From: Antechinus flavipes
Lineage: Eukaryota
Length of the DNA: 64,000 bases
NCBI RefSeq assembly: GCF_016432865.1
Contig: NC_067401.1
Span: 39,618,001-39,682,000 of the forward strand
Direction: 5' to 3'
In this document: positions 23,985-58,199 of the stretch, one piece after another
How positions within the stretch are numbered: the first letter of the stretch is position 1
Layout: every line of letters begins with the position of its first letter
Program-made: the position numbers and the translations under genes
The notes under the pieces: generated by a model
Told to the model about the DNA's origin: nothing
What the model saw: only the letters and a program-made list of their open reading frames with translations
Database searches by the model: none

Positions 23985-24823
23985 GCCTGGCTCCCCTACT
24001 GGCCCCGCTGGATTTCATAAAGCCAAGAAATGGCCCTCCCTCCTCCAAGAGGAGATGTCCCTTGGGGAGTGGGTCAGAGGTCACCAAAATCTGGGGGTGG
24101 GAGGGAAGGGCAGGTTGTCTGTCCCTTTCCCTTCAGCCCTTCCTCCATTTGCCCTTCTTGCTGGTCACCCAGATGCCTTTCAACCAAATTCCTGTCCCTC
24201 CTGTGTGAGGGGGATGGCTCAAGGCCTGTTACAGGCAGGGCCCACCTTCCCCCACCCCTGGGCTTGGGTTCAGAGCTGGGGAATAGCTTCCATTCCTCAC
24301 TGTAGAGTCAGACCAGGGGTCCCGAGACAGTCTGTGCCTTACCATTCCCTTTGTGGGTCTCATTCTGCCAAAGCTAGACGACCTGCTCTCATTATTCCAG
24401 GCCCCCTTCCTCTGCCTGGGGGCCCAAGCTGAGCTGCCTAATTTTTTTCCTTCCTCTAACCAGAGACTTCCAGAGTGGACCAGGGTTAGTGGGTCCTTGC
24501 CTCTGGGGCCCGAAACACAAGGAGCGCCCTCTCCCTCCTGTCCCCCTTTCTAGCCTCTTTCCCATGGCCTTTTTTACTTTCCTCTTCCTTCTGTCAGGTT
24601 AGCTTGACTGAAGTGGGGCAGCAACCAGTTTTACTTATTTATTGAACTTTGCAGTTTTGGTTTTCAGTCTGAAAGCCCAAACTACAAATAGCCTAGGGAG
24701 AGGAGGGTGACAGATATTTCCCTAGAGAGGACCATATCGAACCATTTCAAACCCACAGACCAAATGTTGTACTGTTTGTGTGTGTGTGTGTTTTTTTTTT
24801 TAATTAAAATATATTAAAGATTA

Positions 24824-24829
24824 AATAAA
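24824..24829 (+). terminator. CERS2 polyadenylation signal AATAAA (ATTAAA also at 24803, 24813, 24820)
   Basis: Cluster of hexamers ~840 nt after the stop codon, followed by a G/T-rich stretch. Confidence 0.75.
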
Positions 24830-25480
24830 ACATGGCAACAGACGTGAGAACATGGGAAGTTGGTGGGGAACAAAAAAAAGGTTTCTTACCTTTACAACTA
24901 ACCTTACAATTACATAAACTCTCCCCTCCCTCTGCCCACCTCAAAATTCACCTGGCATGTGAACATAGGAAAGGACTAACTGATGATCCAAGACACTTAG
25001 AACAGTGTGTCTGGGCAAGAACAACAAACTAAGATAGGATCACAGGCTCCCTTGGTCTGGAGAAGGGAACTAAAAAGAAAAATCAAACCAGAGACACACA
25101 GATTTACCTCCTTGTTAAAAGATTTTCAAGGAAGAATACAAAGTGGGAGTGAGGGGGAGGGGAGGTTGGGAAAAACAATCCCCATCTTGGGGACAAATGA
25201 GAACTGCCATACTTACATGAATGCAGTAGAGGGGAAAGAGAAGATGGGGCAGGAATGGAAGGGCCCTGTCCACAAGCTGTGATCTCCTCAAACCAACATG
25301 CTGGGAGAGTAGATTGTGGGCTGGGGGATGGGCCCTGCCTGATAGCACCACACTGGAAGGAACCCTCAAACTGCAGGGTTCCCATTTTTATCTACTGGAG
25401 GAAGCAGGGGAGGGATCAAGTCCAATGGATAGGGAGGTGGTTTGAGATGCCTCGGAAGATCCTGAATGCAGCAGGGAAGT

Positions 25481-48398
<22,918 letters not shown>

Positions 48399-49064
48399 GC
48401 CTGAGGTTCTGTGCAGGACAAAAAAAAAGAAAGAAAGAAAGAAAGAAAACTGTAAAACAAACCAAGACCATTAGTTAACTAGGAAATCCATGTCCCAGCC
48501 CTATCCTCAGATAATCCAAATATAATTCACTTTGAATCCTGCACTATCTCCTGAACTAGAAGTAGTTAGTTTGTAGTAGTAACTGACTGGTAAACCAGAA
48601 TGGAATTAAAGAGCACAGAAAAATATTAGGGACACAATCCTATAGATTACATAAATACCCATTTTGCTAGAATAGTGGAAGGGAAAGGAGTAAGCATTTT
48701 TACAGTACCAGGCTCTATGCTAAGCAATTTTACAAATATAACTTCATTAGGCTCTCAAAAAAAACTCTTGTGAGGTAGGTGCTATTATCACCTCCATTTA
48801 AACAACTGAGGAAATGGATGCAAACAGTGGTAAAGTGACTATACATACATCTTATTTTAATGGCATGTCATGTCTATACATATCAGTATTCATACCTGTA
48901 GAAGACATATCAAGATAAAGGATTCTAGGAGTCCAAAAGACTTGGATTCAAGTCTTGCCTGTGACATATATTAGCTGTGTGGCCATAGTCATAGTCATTT
49001 AACTCCTCAGAGGCCCAGGCAAATCTGTAAGAATTTAAGTTGATATGCCCAAAGAGCTATCAAT

Positions 49065-49678
49065 TAGTGCATACTTTTTGATCCAACAGTGTCTCTACTG
49101 GGCCTGTATCCCAAAGAGATCATAAAAAAGGGAAAGGAAACTACATGTGTAAAAATGTTTGTAGTGGCAAGAAGCTAGAAATTGAATGGATGCCCATCAG
49201 TTGGAGAATGACTGAATAAGTTATGGTACATGAATATAATAGAGTATTATTGTTCTATAAGAAATGAGTACGATGATTTCAGAAAGGCTTGGAGAGACTT
49301 ACATGAACTAATGCTAAGTGAAATGAGCAGAACTAGAATATTTACACAGTAACAAGATTATGTGATAATCAACACTGATGGATTTGGCTCTTTTCAACAA
49401 TGAGGTAATTCAGGCCAGTTATAATAGACTGGTGATGGAGAGAGCTATCTACATGAAGAGAGAAGACTAGGGGGACTGAATGTGGATCATAACATAGCAT
49501 TTTCACATTTTTGTTGTTTGCTAGAAGAATTGCACATGTTTAACATCTATTGGATTACTTGCCATATAGGGGAGAGGGTGGGGGGAAAAATTTGGAACAC
49601 AAGGTTTTACAAGAATGAATGTTGAAAATTATCCATGCATGTGTTATGAAAATAAAAAGCTTTAATTAAAAAAAAAAA
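49065..49678 (+). mobile_element. L1 3' end (ORF2 end, 3'UTR, polyA)
   Basis: tttgatccaacagtgtctctactgggcctgtatcccaaagag...aataaaaagctttaatt(A)n. Confidence 0.85.
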
Positions 49679-50735
49679 GACAAGTTGAATCAGTATGAAG
49701 TAAATCATAGGTCTAGAAAAACAAAAATCATGTTTGTTTCTAGTAGTAAATCCATGAGACTATCAATTGTTGTTGAGGGTTTTTTTTTTTTTTTTTTTAA
49801 GGAGTGGAGGTAGAGAACAATTAAAACAGCATCACATGAATTCGTTTAATAAAAAGGATGATTTTTCTATGAAGTTTTAGTACCTAAGTGACCAATGAGA
49901 ATAAGAAAAGCAAGTATGTCTAACAAGACGACTATGTTATGATCAACTGTGATGGACTTGGCTCTTAACAATTCAGTGATTCAAGGGATTTCAAGACTTG
50001 GAATGGAAAGAGCCATCCACTTCTAGAGAGAGAACTATAGAGATTGACTGTGGATCAAAGAATAGTGTTTTCACCTTTTTGTTGTTTGTTTTCTTGTTTT
50101 TTTCCCCTTTTGTTCTGATTTTTCTTGCACAGCATGACAAATATGGAAATGTGTTTAGAAGAATTGCAGTTCTGCAAGGGTGAATGTTGAAAATTATCCA
50201 TGCATATGTTATGAAAATAAAAAGCTTAAAAAAATAAGACGTTAGGTTGAATCTCAGTAAATCACAGGTCTAAGAAAACAAAAATCAAGTCCATTTCTAG
50301 TCATGGCAAGTTTCTGGTAGTAAACCCATAAGCCTATCAATTCTTGAGGGTTTTTTGGGTTTTTTTTTGAAGAGGAAGTGGGGGTAGGAGAACAACTAAA
50401 ACAGCACCACAAGCAATTAAAGAAAGGATACATTCATTTAATAAAAAAGGATTTTTTTTCCTATGAAGTTTTAGTTCCTAAGTGACCAGTGAGAATAAGA
50501 AAAGCAAGTATGTCAGTAATGTGATGATCAATTGTGATGGACTTGACTCTTAATTCAGTACATCAAATCAATTCCAACAGACTTGGAATGGAAAGCCCTC
50601 TGCATCCAGAAAGAACTGTGGAGATTGACTGTGGATCAAAGCACCTTTTTGTTGTTTGTTTTCTAAGTTTTTTCCCCTTTTGCTTTGATTTTTCTTGCAT
50701 AATTAACAAATATGAAATGTGTTTAGAAGAATTAT
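49616..50735 (+). repeat. Tandem duplication, period ~565 bp
   Basis: Copy A ~49616-50168 and copy B ~50181-50735; each is L1 tail, then unique sequence, then an L1 3'UTR piece. Confidence 0.85.
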
Positions 50736-51379
50736 ACACATTTAACCTATATTGGATTGTTTATTGTCTTGGGGAGGGAGATAGAGGAAAATTTTAAACA
50801 TAAAGTTTTGCAAAAGTTAATATTAAAAATTATCTTTGCATGTATTTAGAAAAGTAAATACTATTGGGAAAAAAAGAAAAGCAAGTGTGTTACAATCAGG
50901 TTATCTGTCTCAACAGGTGGAAGTTGGGATTTTATCTATTTTTTTCGTATTTTAAAACTTTAATACATAATGCAAAAGCACAACTTACATCATTTGATGC
51001 TTCTATACAGAGTGACACTGAACCATCAGTTTTCATAATAGTAAACACCTCATAGTGTGTAAGATAATATTTAAGAAAAGCTTTCACTTTTGTTAGGACG
51101 GGCATAACTTTCTCGAACATCTTTCATTGATAATTAGACCCGTAATCAAAAAGCACTTATTAGAATTTGGCTTTTGATTATATCATAATCCCTCTCCCTA
51201 ACCACAACAAGCAGTCTCGACTGGACTAAAAGGTTTGCACTCCCAGAAAAAAAGCAACGACTACAAGAGAAGAGAAAGATGCGGAAAGGTGGCGGGAACC
51301 AGCCTGGCCCTCCACATGGGCTGGGGATGGGCGACATCCAGGGTGCTAAAGGTAGAGACCACCAGGAGCTCCAGACCAA

Positions 51380-52270
51380 GTTTACAATTAAAATAGTTTG
51401 GGCAAAACCAGTCACGTGGTCCACCCGGTTCTCCACCTCCCCCTGCCCCCCACAGTTCCCCCTTTTCCTCCCAGGGCCCCAGGGCCCTGTCAACTCCCTC
51501 TCTCACCCAAGCGGCTTAGGGCTCGGCCGCCCCGCAGCCTGCTCGCCACGCGCGCCCTCCCGCTGCCCCCGGCCCAGGGGCCCGGCGCGCCCAGCGCGAG
51601 TGCAGCCCCCCGGGCCCGGTCCCTGCTTAAGTTACCTCTTCAGGCTCCAACTGCTCCACTCCCCATTCCTCCCCCGGTCCCCAGCGTCCCACGCTCGCCG
51701 GACAACCGCCCCTCAGTTCTTTCCCACCACTGAGACTCACGCCTCGGGGCTAGCAGTGGCAGGGACTGCGAGGGAAGCCCAAGCTGAGGGGATAAGAGAA
51801 AAGCAGGCTGGAGCGGGGGGTCGGGGAGGAGGAGTGGTGGTGAGGGGGGAACGTAAAGCAGGACGGACGCCGGATGCACGTCCCTTATGCTTTTCCGGTC
51901 CCGGAGATGGTGGCCGGCTTGGCTCAAACCCCGCTGGCGTAGCGTCTGCTACGATTCGGCAGCTATTTTCGGTGGCTGAGGCGGCTGCCCCACGTGTTTT
52001 CTGAGGGGCGGGCGTGGCAGAACTTTTGGAAGAGAGGGGCAAAGCTGAGGGGCGGGACCTGGCTTAAAGGAGACGCTGCCTCTCCGGAGCTGCCCACTGG
52101 ATTTATAGCGTCCTGGCGTGGTGCAGAGATCGCGAATAACCCCCTCGTCTTTTGACCGAGGAAGAAACTGAGGCCAGAGAGACTGAGGAATTTGCTCAGG
52201 ATCAGTCAGGCAGAGCTGGGATTGCTTCCCGGGCACGATTAAGCCGCGGACTCACCCCCCCTCCCCGGGT
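51380..52270 (-). promoter_or_regulatory. SETDB1: SETDB1 CpG-island promoter
   Basis: CpG-dense; GC boxes at ~52006-52014 and ~52049-52057; E-boxes CACGTG at 51991-51996 and 51413-51418. Confidence 0.85.
51636..51870 (-). other. SETDB1: SETDB1 non-coding exon 1 (5' start approximate)
   Basis: Donor GAAGAG|GTAACT at 51635 inside the CpG island; a second donor GC|GTGAGT at 51740. Confidence 0.6.
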
Positions 52271-54281
52271 CCTCTGCCCATATCCAAATAGAACCCAGAG
52301 CAGTGCCGGAGTGAAGCTATCTGTACAGCAGGGCCTTCCCTATATTAATTATTTCCTATTTAGCTTCCTGTGTATTTATTTGATCACTTTTGTTTTTTCC
52401 CCATTAGATTGGAAGCTCCCGGAAGGCAGGACTGTTTGGCTTCTTTTTGTTTCCGCAGCACTTCGGGGGGCTAGGCGCTGCACGGACTCTAAATAAATGT
52501 TGATTGGTAGATTAACCCGCAGCTTTCCTTCGGGCTGCCTCTTAGGCAAAGACTTCCACCACTTTTCTGATAATCTTGTCGATTAAACGCTCAATTGTTC
52601 TGCCAGTTGAAACTTTGGGGCAGGGAGGAAAGGGAAAGGTGTAAATAACGCTAATCTGTCCTGATTGAGTTTGATTGTTCCTGGCCCTAGGAGAGCCGGC
52701 AGCTTACTCTATATTGTCTAGTGCATATTCTCCTATATATACTGTGTCTGATTTCCCTTTTTGCTATCTGACTTGAATCATTAGGTTTCTTTGCCACTTC
52801 CTATGTGTGTTCATTATGGAACTGATATTTGATGGGAAGGGAATTAAGCTTGGATATAAAACTTGGGTCTTCCTTTTCCCATTAAGAAACAGTAATTGAA
52901 TCTGAAAAAAAAATCACATTTAAGGAAAAAATAGAAATAATTTTAGCCTGCACCTCCCCTTTCTGAGGAGAGCAGAATGACCAAATTTCTGTCCCCAATC
53001 TCTTGCTTCTGACAAAAATCAGTCTTCCTTGGAGAAGGGTGGGGGAAGAAGAGATAAAGATATACTCTCTCCCCATGAGTCACAGAATGATACCTGTGGT
53101 GGGCAGTCCTTATTACAATTATTTTTCAATGACTTGAATCTAGTTTGAGCTGCATTCTCAAGCATGTGTTTGACACATACTCTAGAGAAGTCTCTAAGGC
53201 TGTCACCTACAGAAGAAGTGCTGATCTGCATTGGAAAAGAGAGTTTTTTCATCTGGCCATCCAAGCTTTATGCATTCTATGGACTGAAAAAGTGTAGAAT
53301 GTGTGACCAGGAGTAACCTGAACAACATTGACAAAGTTGAAGCATAAGGCTTTGTTGAAGATCTTTGCCTACCTAAAGCATAAAAATGTCTAATTTTAAC
53401 ACCTCTTTACAATAATTAATTCAATTTATGCAGAGGGCAATATAATGACCTCTAGGTTTCTCATGGTTCCTTACTCTTTGGTTTTAAGAATTGTTTTTAG
53501 ATAAAGTTATGAGTTCAGTCACAGTTGCTCTGGGCTTCCAGTTAAGAAAATTCCTAACATTTAGGTAGAGGTTGGGCTCTCTGCCTGACTTTATATTTAT
53601 CTCCAGTTAACCCTTGGTTTATTTGTAGTTGAGGTAAAAATCAGCTTACTGTAAATATGTGGGTAACAAAAGGGCAGATTGTTGAGGCAAAAAATCAGCT
53701 TACTATATATAGAAGGGCAAATTATAGAGTCAGTGAGAAGAGAGGCACAGGAAAGGAGTTTGGGGAAAAAAAGCTAACCTTTGGTTTGAACTTCCCTTAG
53801 TCCAGGTCTCCTGCTCTGTGATATCTGGTAGAGAAAATGATGTTTTTTCTCTACCATAGCTCAGTCTGACCTTTTTACTCTTTAGGCTATGTTGGAATGC
53901 TATGTAATTCTTTCTGGAAACCAGATTTTCAGAATTTCTATCCACTTCTGGGATAGTGTCTTCTGTTTATATAAATTCTGTAGGCATGATCAAGTTGCTC
54001 TCACAATAATTTGGATTGATCCAAGAAAATACACAGGTCTTATTCATACTTAGTTCTGTAGATATTTGTTGTTTTTCCCTTGAGATTGTAAGCTCTTTGA
54101 GGACATGGACTATCTTTTACCTCTTTTTGTTTCTCCTGTGTTTAGTACAGTATCTGACATATGGTAGGTGCTTAATAAATGCTTATTAACTGACTGATTT
54201 TTCATCAAATTGATAAGTGTAACTAGTAAATGTAAAAAAGTAATTACCAAAAGTAATCACTTTTAAGTAGGCTAAATAATC

Positions 54282-55365
54282 AATAGAGGCCTCATTTCCA
54301 AAATACATAGAGAATTGACATAAATTTATAAGAAATCAAGCCATTCTCTGATTGATAAATGGTCAAAGGATATGAATAGACAATTTTCAGATGAAGAAAT
54401 TGAAACTATTTTTAGTCATATGAAAAATCACTATTGATCAGAGAAATGCAAATTAAGACAACTCTGAGATACCACCACACACCTGTCAGATTGGCTAAAA
54501 TGATAGGAAAAGATAATGATGAATGTTGGAGGGGATGTAGGGAAACTGGGACACTGATGCATTGTTGGTGGAATTGTGAATGAATCTAACCATTCTGGAG
54601 AGCAATTTGAAACTATGCTCAAAAAGTTATCAAACTGTGCATACATACCCTTTGATCCAGCAGTGTTACTTCTGGGCTTATATCCCAAAGAAATACTAAA
54701 GAAGGGAAAGGGACCTGTATGTGCCAAAATATTTGTGGCAGCTCTGTGGTGGCTAGAAACTGGAAACTAAATGGATGCCCATCAATTGGAGAATGGCTGG
54801 GTAAATTGTGGTATATGAATGTTATGGAATATTATTGTTCTGTAAGAAATAACCAATAGGATGATTTCAGAGAGGCCTGGAGAGACCTACATGAACTGAT
54901 GCTGAGTGAAATGAGCAGAACCAGGAGATCATTGTACACGGCAACAACAACATTATACAACGATCAATTCTGATGGATGTGGCTCTCTGTGAGTTGATTC
55001 AAACCAGTTCCAATTGTTCAGTAATGGAGAACCTATCTACACCAAGAGAGAGGACTATGGGAACTGAGTGTGGACCACAACATAGCATTTCCACTCTTTC
55101 TGTTGTTGATTTGCATTTTTGCTTTCCTTCTCTGTTTTTTTTTTTTTCTTTTTAGATCCGATTTTTCTTGTGCAGCAAGATAACTAACTGTATAAATATG
55201 TATACATATATTGGATTTAACATATATTTTAACATATTTAACATGTATTGGACTACCTGTCATCTAGGGGAAGGAGTGGGAAAATTTGGAACGGAAAGTT
55301 TTGCAAGGGTCAATGTTGAAAAAATTACCCATGCATATGTTTTGTAAATAAAAAGCTATAATAAA
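54282..55365 (+). mobile_element. 5'-truncated L1 (ORF2 C-terminus and 3'UTR)
   Basis: cctcatttccaaaatacatagagaattgac...aataaaaagctataat(A)n; candidate TSD aaataatc at 54274-54281 and 55366-55373. Confidence 0.9.
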
Positions 55366-56389
55366 AAATAATCGAGGCCCATCCTTATACATTTCTCCCC
55401 AATCCAGTTTTAAGATCTCTATCCTTAGACAAAGAATACTTGGCAAAGTCCATAATCCAAAATCCTGTACATACTCCTTAGTAATTTAGGAATATTCTGC
55501 ATTATATTTTTGAATACATTTCCCAGTGTACAAGAGTACTAATGAGTCTTGGGAAAAGTGTAGGTGACACAAATTTGGAAATTAATTTACATTCTTCCCT
55601 CTCCAGAATATTTAAATTCCTGCTCTAGTGGAAAAACAAATACCATATTCCAGTTCTGATTCCAGGAGCACTTGCTCTTTTTCCAAAACAGAAAGAAATG
55701 CTATTGTCAGGTTCTTTGGCAATATTGGCCACCCATGACAGGCAATTGGGTCAATTCTAGGCAAAATGACTATTATATCCATCAGGAAATATCATCCACA
55801 GGCTATGCAAAATAGCCTGATTAAAGACCTCTAGATAATTACAACATGTAATTAAGAAACTCTGTACATGCATAATGAAAACACAAAGCAAATAAATATT
55901 AAAATACAAGAAAGAAAATGACAGGAGCATGTGACAATCTGTCTATCAGTAAACATACATATATATAAGATTTAAGTGTTGCCCTGGATTCACACAGGAT
56001 ATTGTTAATTAAATCAGTCTGGTTATTGGTCAACTAGTTTATGTTTTTTTTTGTGGAAATTCTGTGGAATTAGCTGCCCCAATATTAGTTGTTGGTATTG
56101 GCTGATTAAGGTCTGCAAAAGAACCATGATTTGCTCTTCCTAAACCTCAGTTTATAGAGGGCTCAGGCCATATAATAACTATCAATATTATTAGTTCTTG
56201 AAGTACCTAATTAAAAGTCTCTTTCAAGTGAAATGTCTGTTAAGACACAAATAGACTTGATCCATTGCCATCATTTATTGCCAGTAGGTAAGCTATTTGA
56301 ACACTCTAATAAACCTTTGGACTCTGATGGATGTTCGTCTTCACAAATTTAAGGCAAAGACTGACAGTCATACAAAGTCTGCTCTATAA

Positions 56390-57095
56390 ATTGTGAATGA
56401 CTTAGCTGTTTTTAGCAATACAATGATCCAAGACAATTCTAAAAGTCTCATGATGAAATATACTTTCTGCCTCCAAAGAACTGATAAGCCTGAATACAGA
56501 CTGAAGCATGCTATTTTTCACTTTCTTTTATTTGAGCTTTCTTGAACATAACTAATATGGAAATGTTTTACATGATTGAACATATATAACCTATATTGTA
56601 TTGCTTACTATCTCAGGGAAAGGGGGAGAAGGATAGAATTTGAAACTCAAAATTTTAAAAAATGTTTAAAATTGTTTTAACATGTAGATGGGGTGAAATA
56701 TTATATAAAATTATCACAAAATTGACTGGATCAAAAAATTCATACCTTATTTTTATCCCTTTCTTGAAAATGTAGTTTGTGCTGAGTGAAACAAGCAGAG
56801 CCAGGAATATATTGTACACAATAACAGCAAGAATGTGTGATAACTATGAAAGACTTAGTTCTTCTCAGTGGTTCAGTGATACAAAGCAATTCCAAAAGAC
56901 TTTGGACAGAAAATGCTATCTGCAACCATAAAAAGAACTAAGTAGACTGAATATAAATCTACACATGCTTTGTTCATCTTTTTTCTGTTTTTTTAATCTT
57001 TCTCATGGGTTTTCTCTTTTGTTCTGATTTTTCTCTCCCAACATGAGTCATAAAGCAATGTGTGTTAAAAATAAATTAACTTATTAATTTTAAAA
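56390..57095 (+). mobile_element. Two adjacent old L1-like 3' ends
   Basis: gtgaatgacttagctgtttttagcaatacaatgatccaagac...; gctgagtgaaacaagcagagccagg...aataaattaa. Confidence 0.65.
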
Positions 57096-57159
57096 AGAAA
57101 AAATATAGTTTGATCATATATTTGCCTCAAATTTTAAAAAATTAAACAACTAAAATGAA

Positions 57160-57790
57160 TTTGGTTTTCATATTGTTGTTAATCTCTTTCATTGTTCTTC
57201 TGGGTTAAAGAAGATGGGTGGCAAAGCTTCCTTTAGCTTCTCTCAGCTCAGAAATGTAGTAGTTGTAGGTTTCTGTAGTGTTTCCCTTTTCAGAGATTCT
57301 AAAACATAAAAAATAGGGATGACCAGCCTACTCCAAACATCTATAAATAGGATGTAAAGCCAATGGTATTATTCCTGATGGAATTGCTTGCATATACTAG
57401 GAAAATCACTGTGGGTCTACTGAAATTTTTATTATTGTCTTCATATATAGAACATGTTCATCAGCATATTGTTGAAACATTTTGGTAGTGGGTCTTGAGT
57501 ATCCTAAGATATTGTTCTAGATCTTTTAAAAGCCTGCCAAAGCTAATATTTCTTTGAGCAGGGTACTTTTGAAGTCTCTGCTTTGGTTTGAATAGATCCC
57601 AGCAGGAAATTCATATTCTGAGAAATATTTCTCCCACTGTATTTTAGCAACTATGGAAAGTTTCTTATTCCTATTAGGTATACTGATGCATGCCTTTTGA
57701 AGGGGTCAGTTACCACCAGCATGTGACATGTTCTTGCTATCTTCTTTCAGATTTGCTGTGTTTTGAACATTCAGGTTATATGTGTCCACA
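57160..57790 (-). mobile_element. Fossil Ty3/Gypsy integrase fragment
   Basis: With frameshifts: LVVTDPF (57699-57719), WEKYFSEYEFPAGIYSNQSRDFKS (57565-57636), AFKRSRTIS*DTQDPLPKCFNNMLMNMF (57450-57533), LVYASNSIRNNTIGFTSYL*MFG (57332-57400), in the rve-core order. Confidence 0.8.
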
Positions 57791-57889
57791 TGGATCTGTC
57801 TATGTGGCTTTCTAAGGGAGACAAAAATAGATATCTTTAACCCACCCTTCTGTAATAGAAGAAAAAAGAAAGGGGAGGGGAAGAGGTAA

Positions 57890-58130
57890 GAGAGTGATTA
57901 TATAGTGCCTATTGTGTGCCAGCACTAAGCTAAGCATTTAAAAAAATATATCATTTGAGCTTCACAACAACCCTGAACAATAGGTGCTATTATTTTCTAT
58001 GTTACAGTTGAGGAAACTGAGGCAAATAGGTTATATGACTTGCCCAGGCTCATATCGCTCATAACTCTCTAAGACTGGATTTAAATTCACATCCTGCTTC
58101 TAGGCCTGGCACACTATTACGCTGTTAGTT
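57890..58130 (-). mobile_element. MIR/MAR1-like core-SINE
   Basis: cttcacaacaaccctga...aggtgctattatt...acagttgaggaaactgaggcaaataggttatatgacttgcccagg. Confidence 0.75.
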
Positions 58131-58199
58131 GATTTAAAAGGAGGTTTTTGCCTCGAGTTTCTATTTATCCTTCTCTTTCTTTGTACCCTATCATTTCTC

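Noticed and set aside
51146-52236. 241-aa and other ORFs
   Set aside because: SETDB1 CpG-island artefacts overlapping the non-coding exon 1.
54431-54770. L1-derived ORFs (also 61399-62067)
   Set aside because: Fragments of 5'-truncated L1 ORF2, not host genes.
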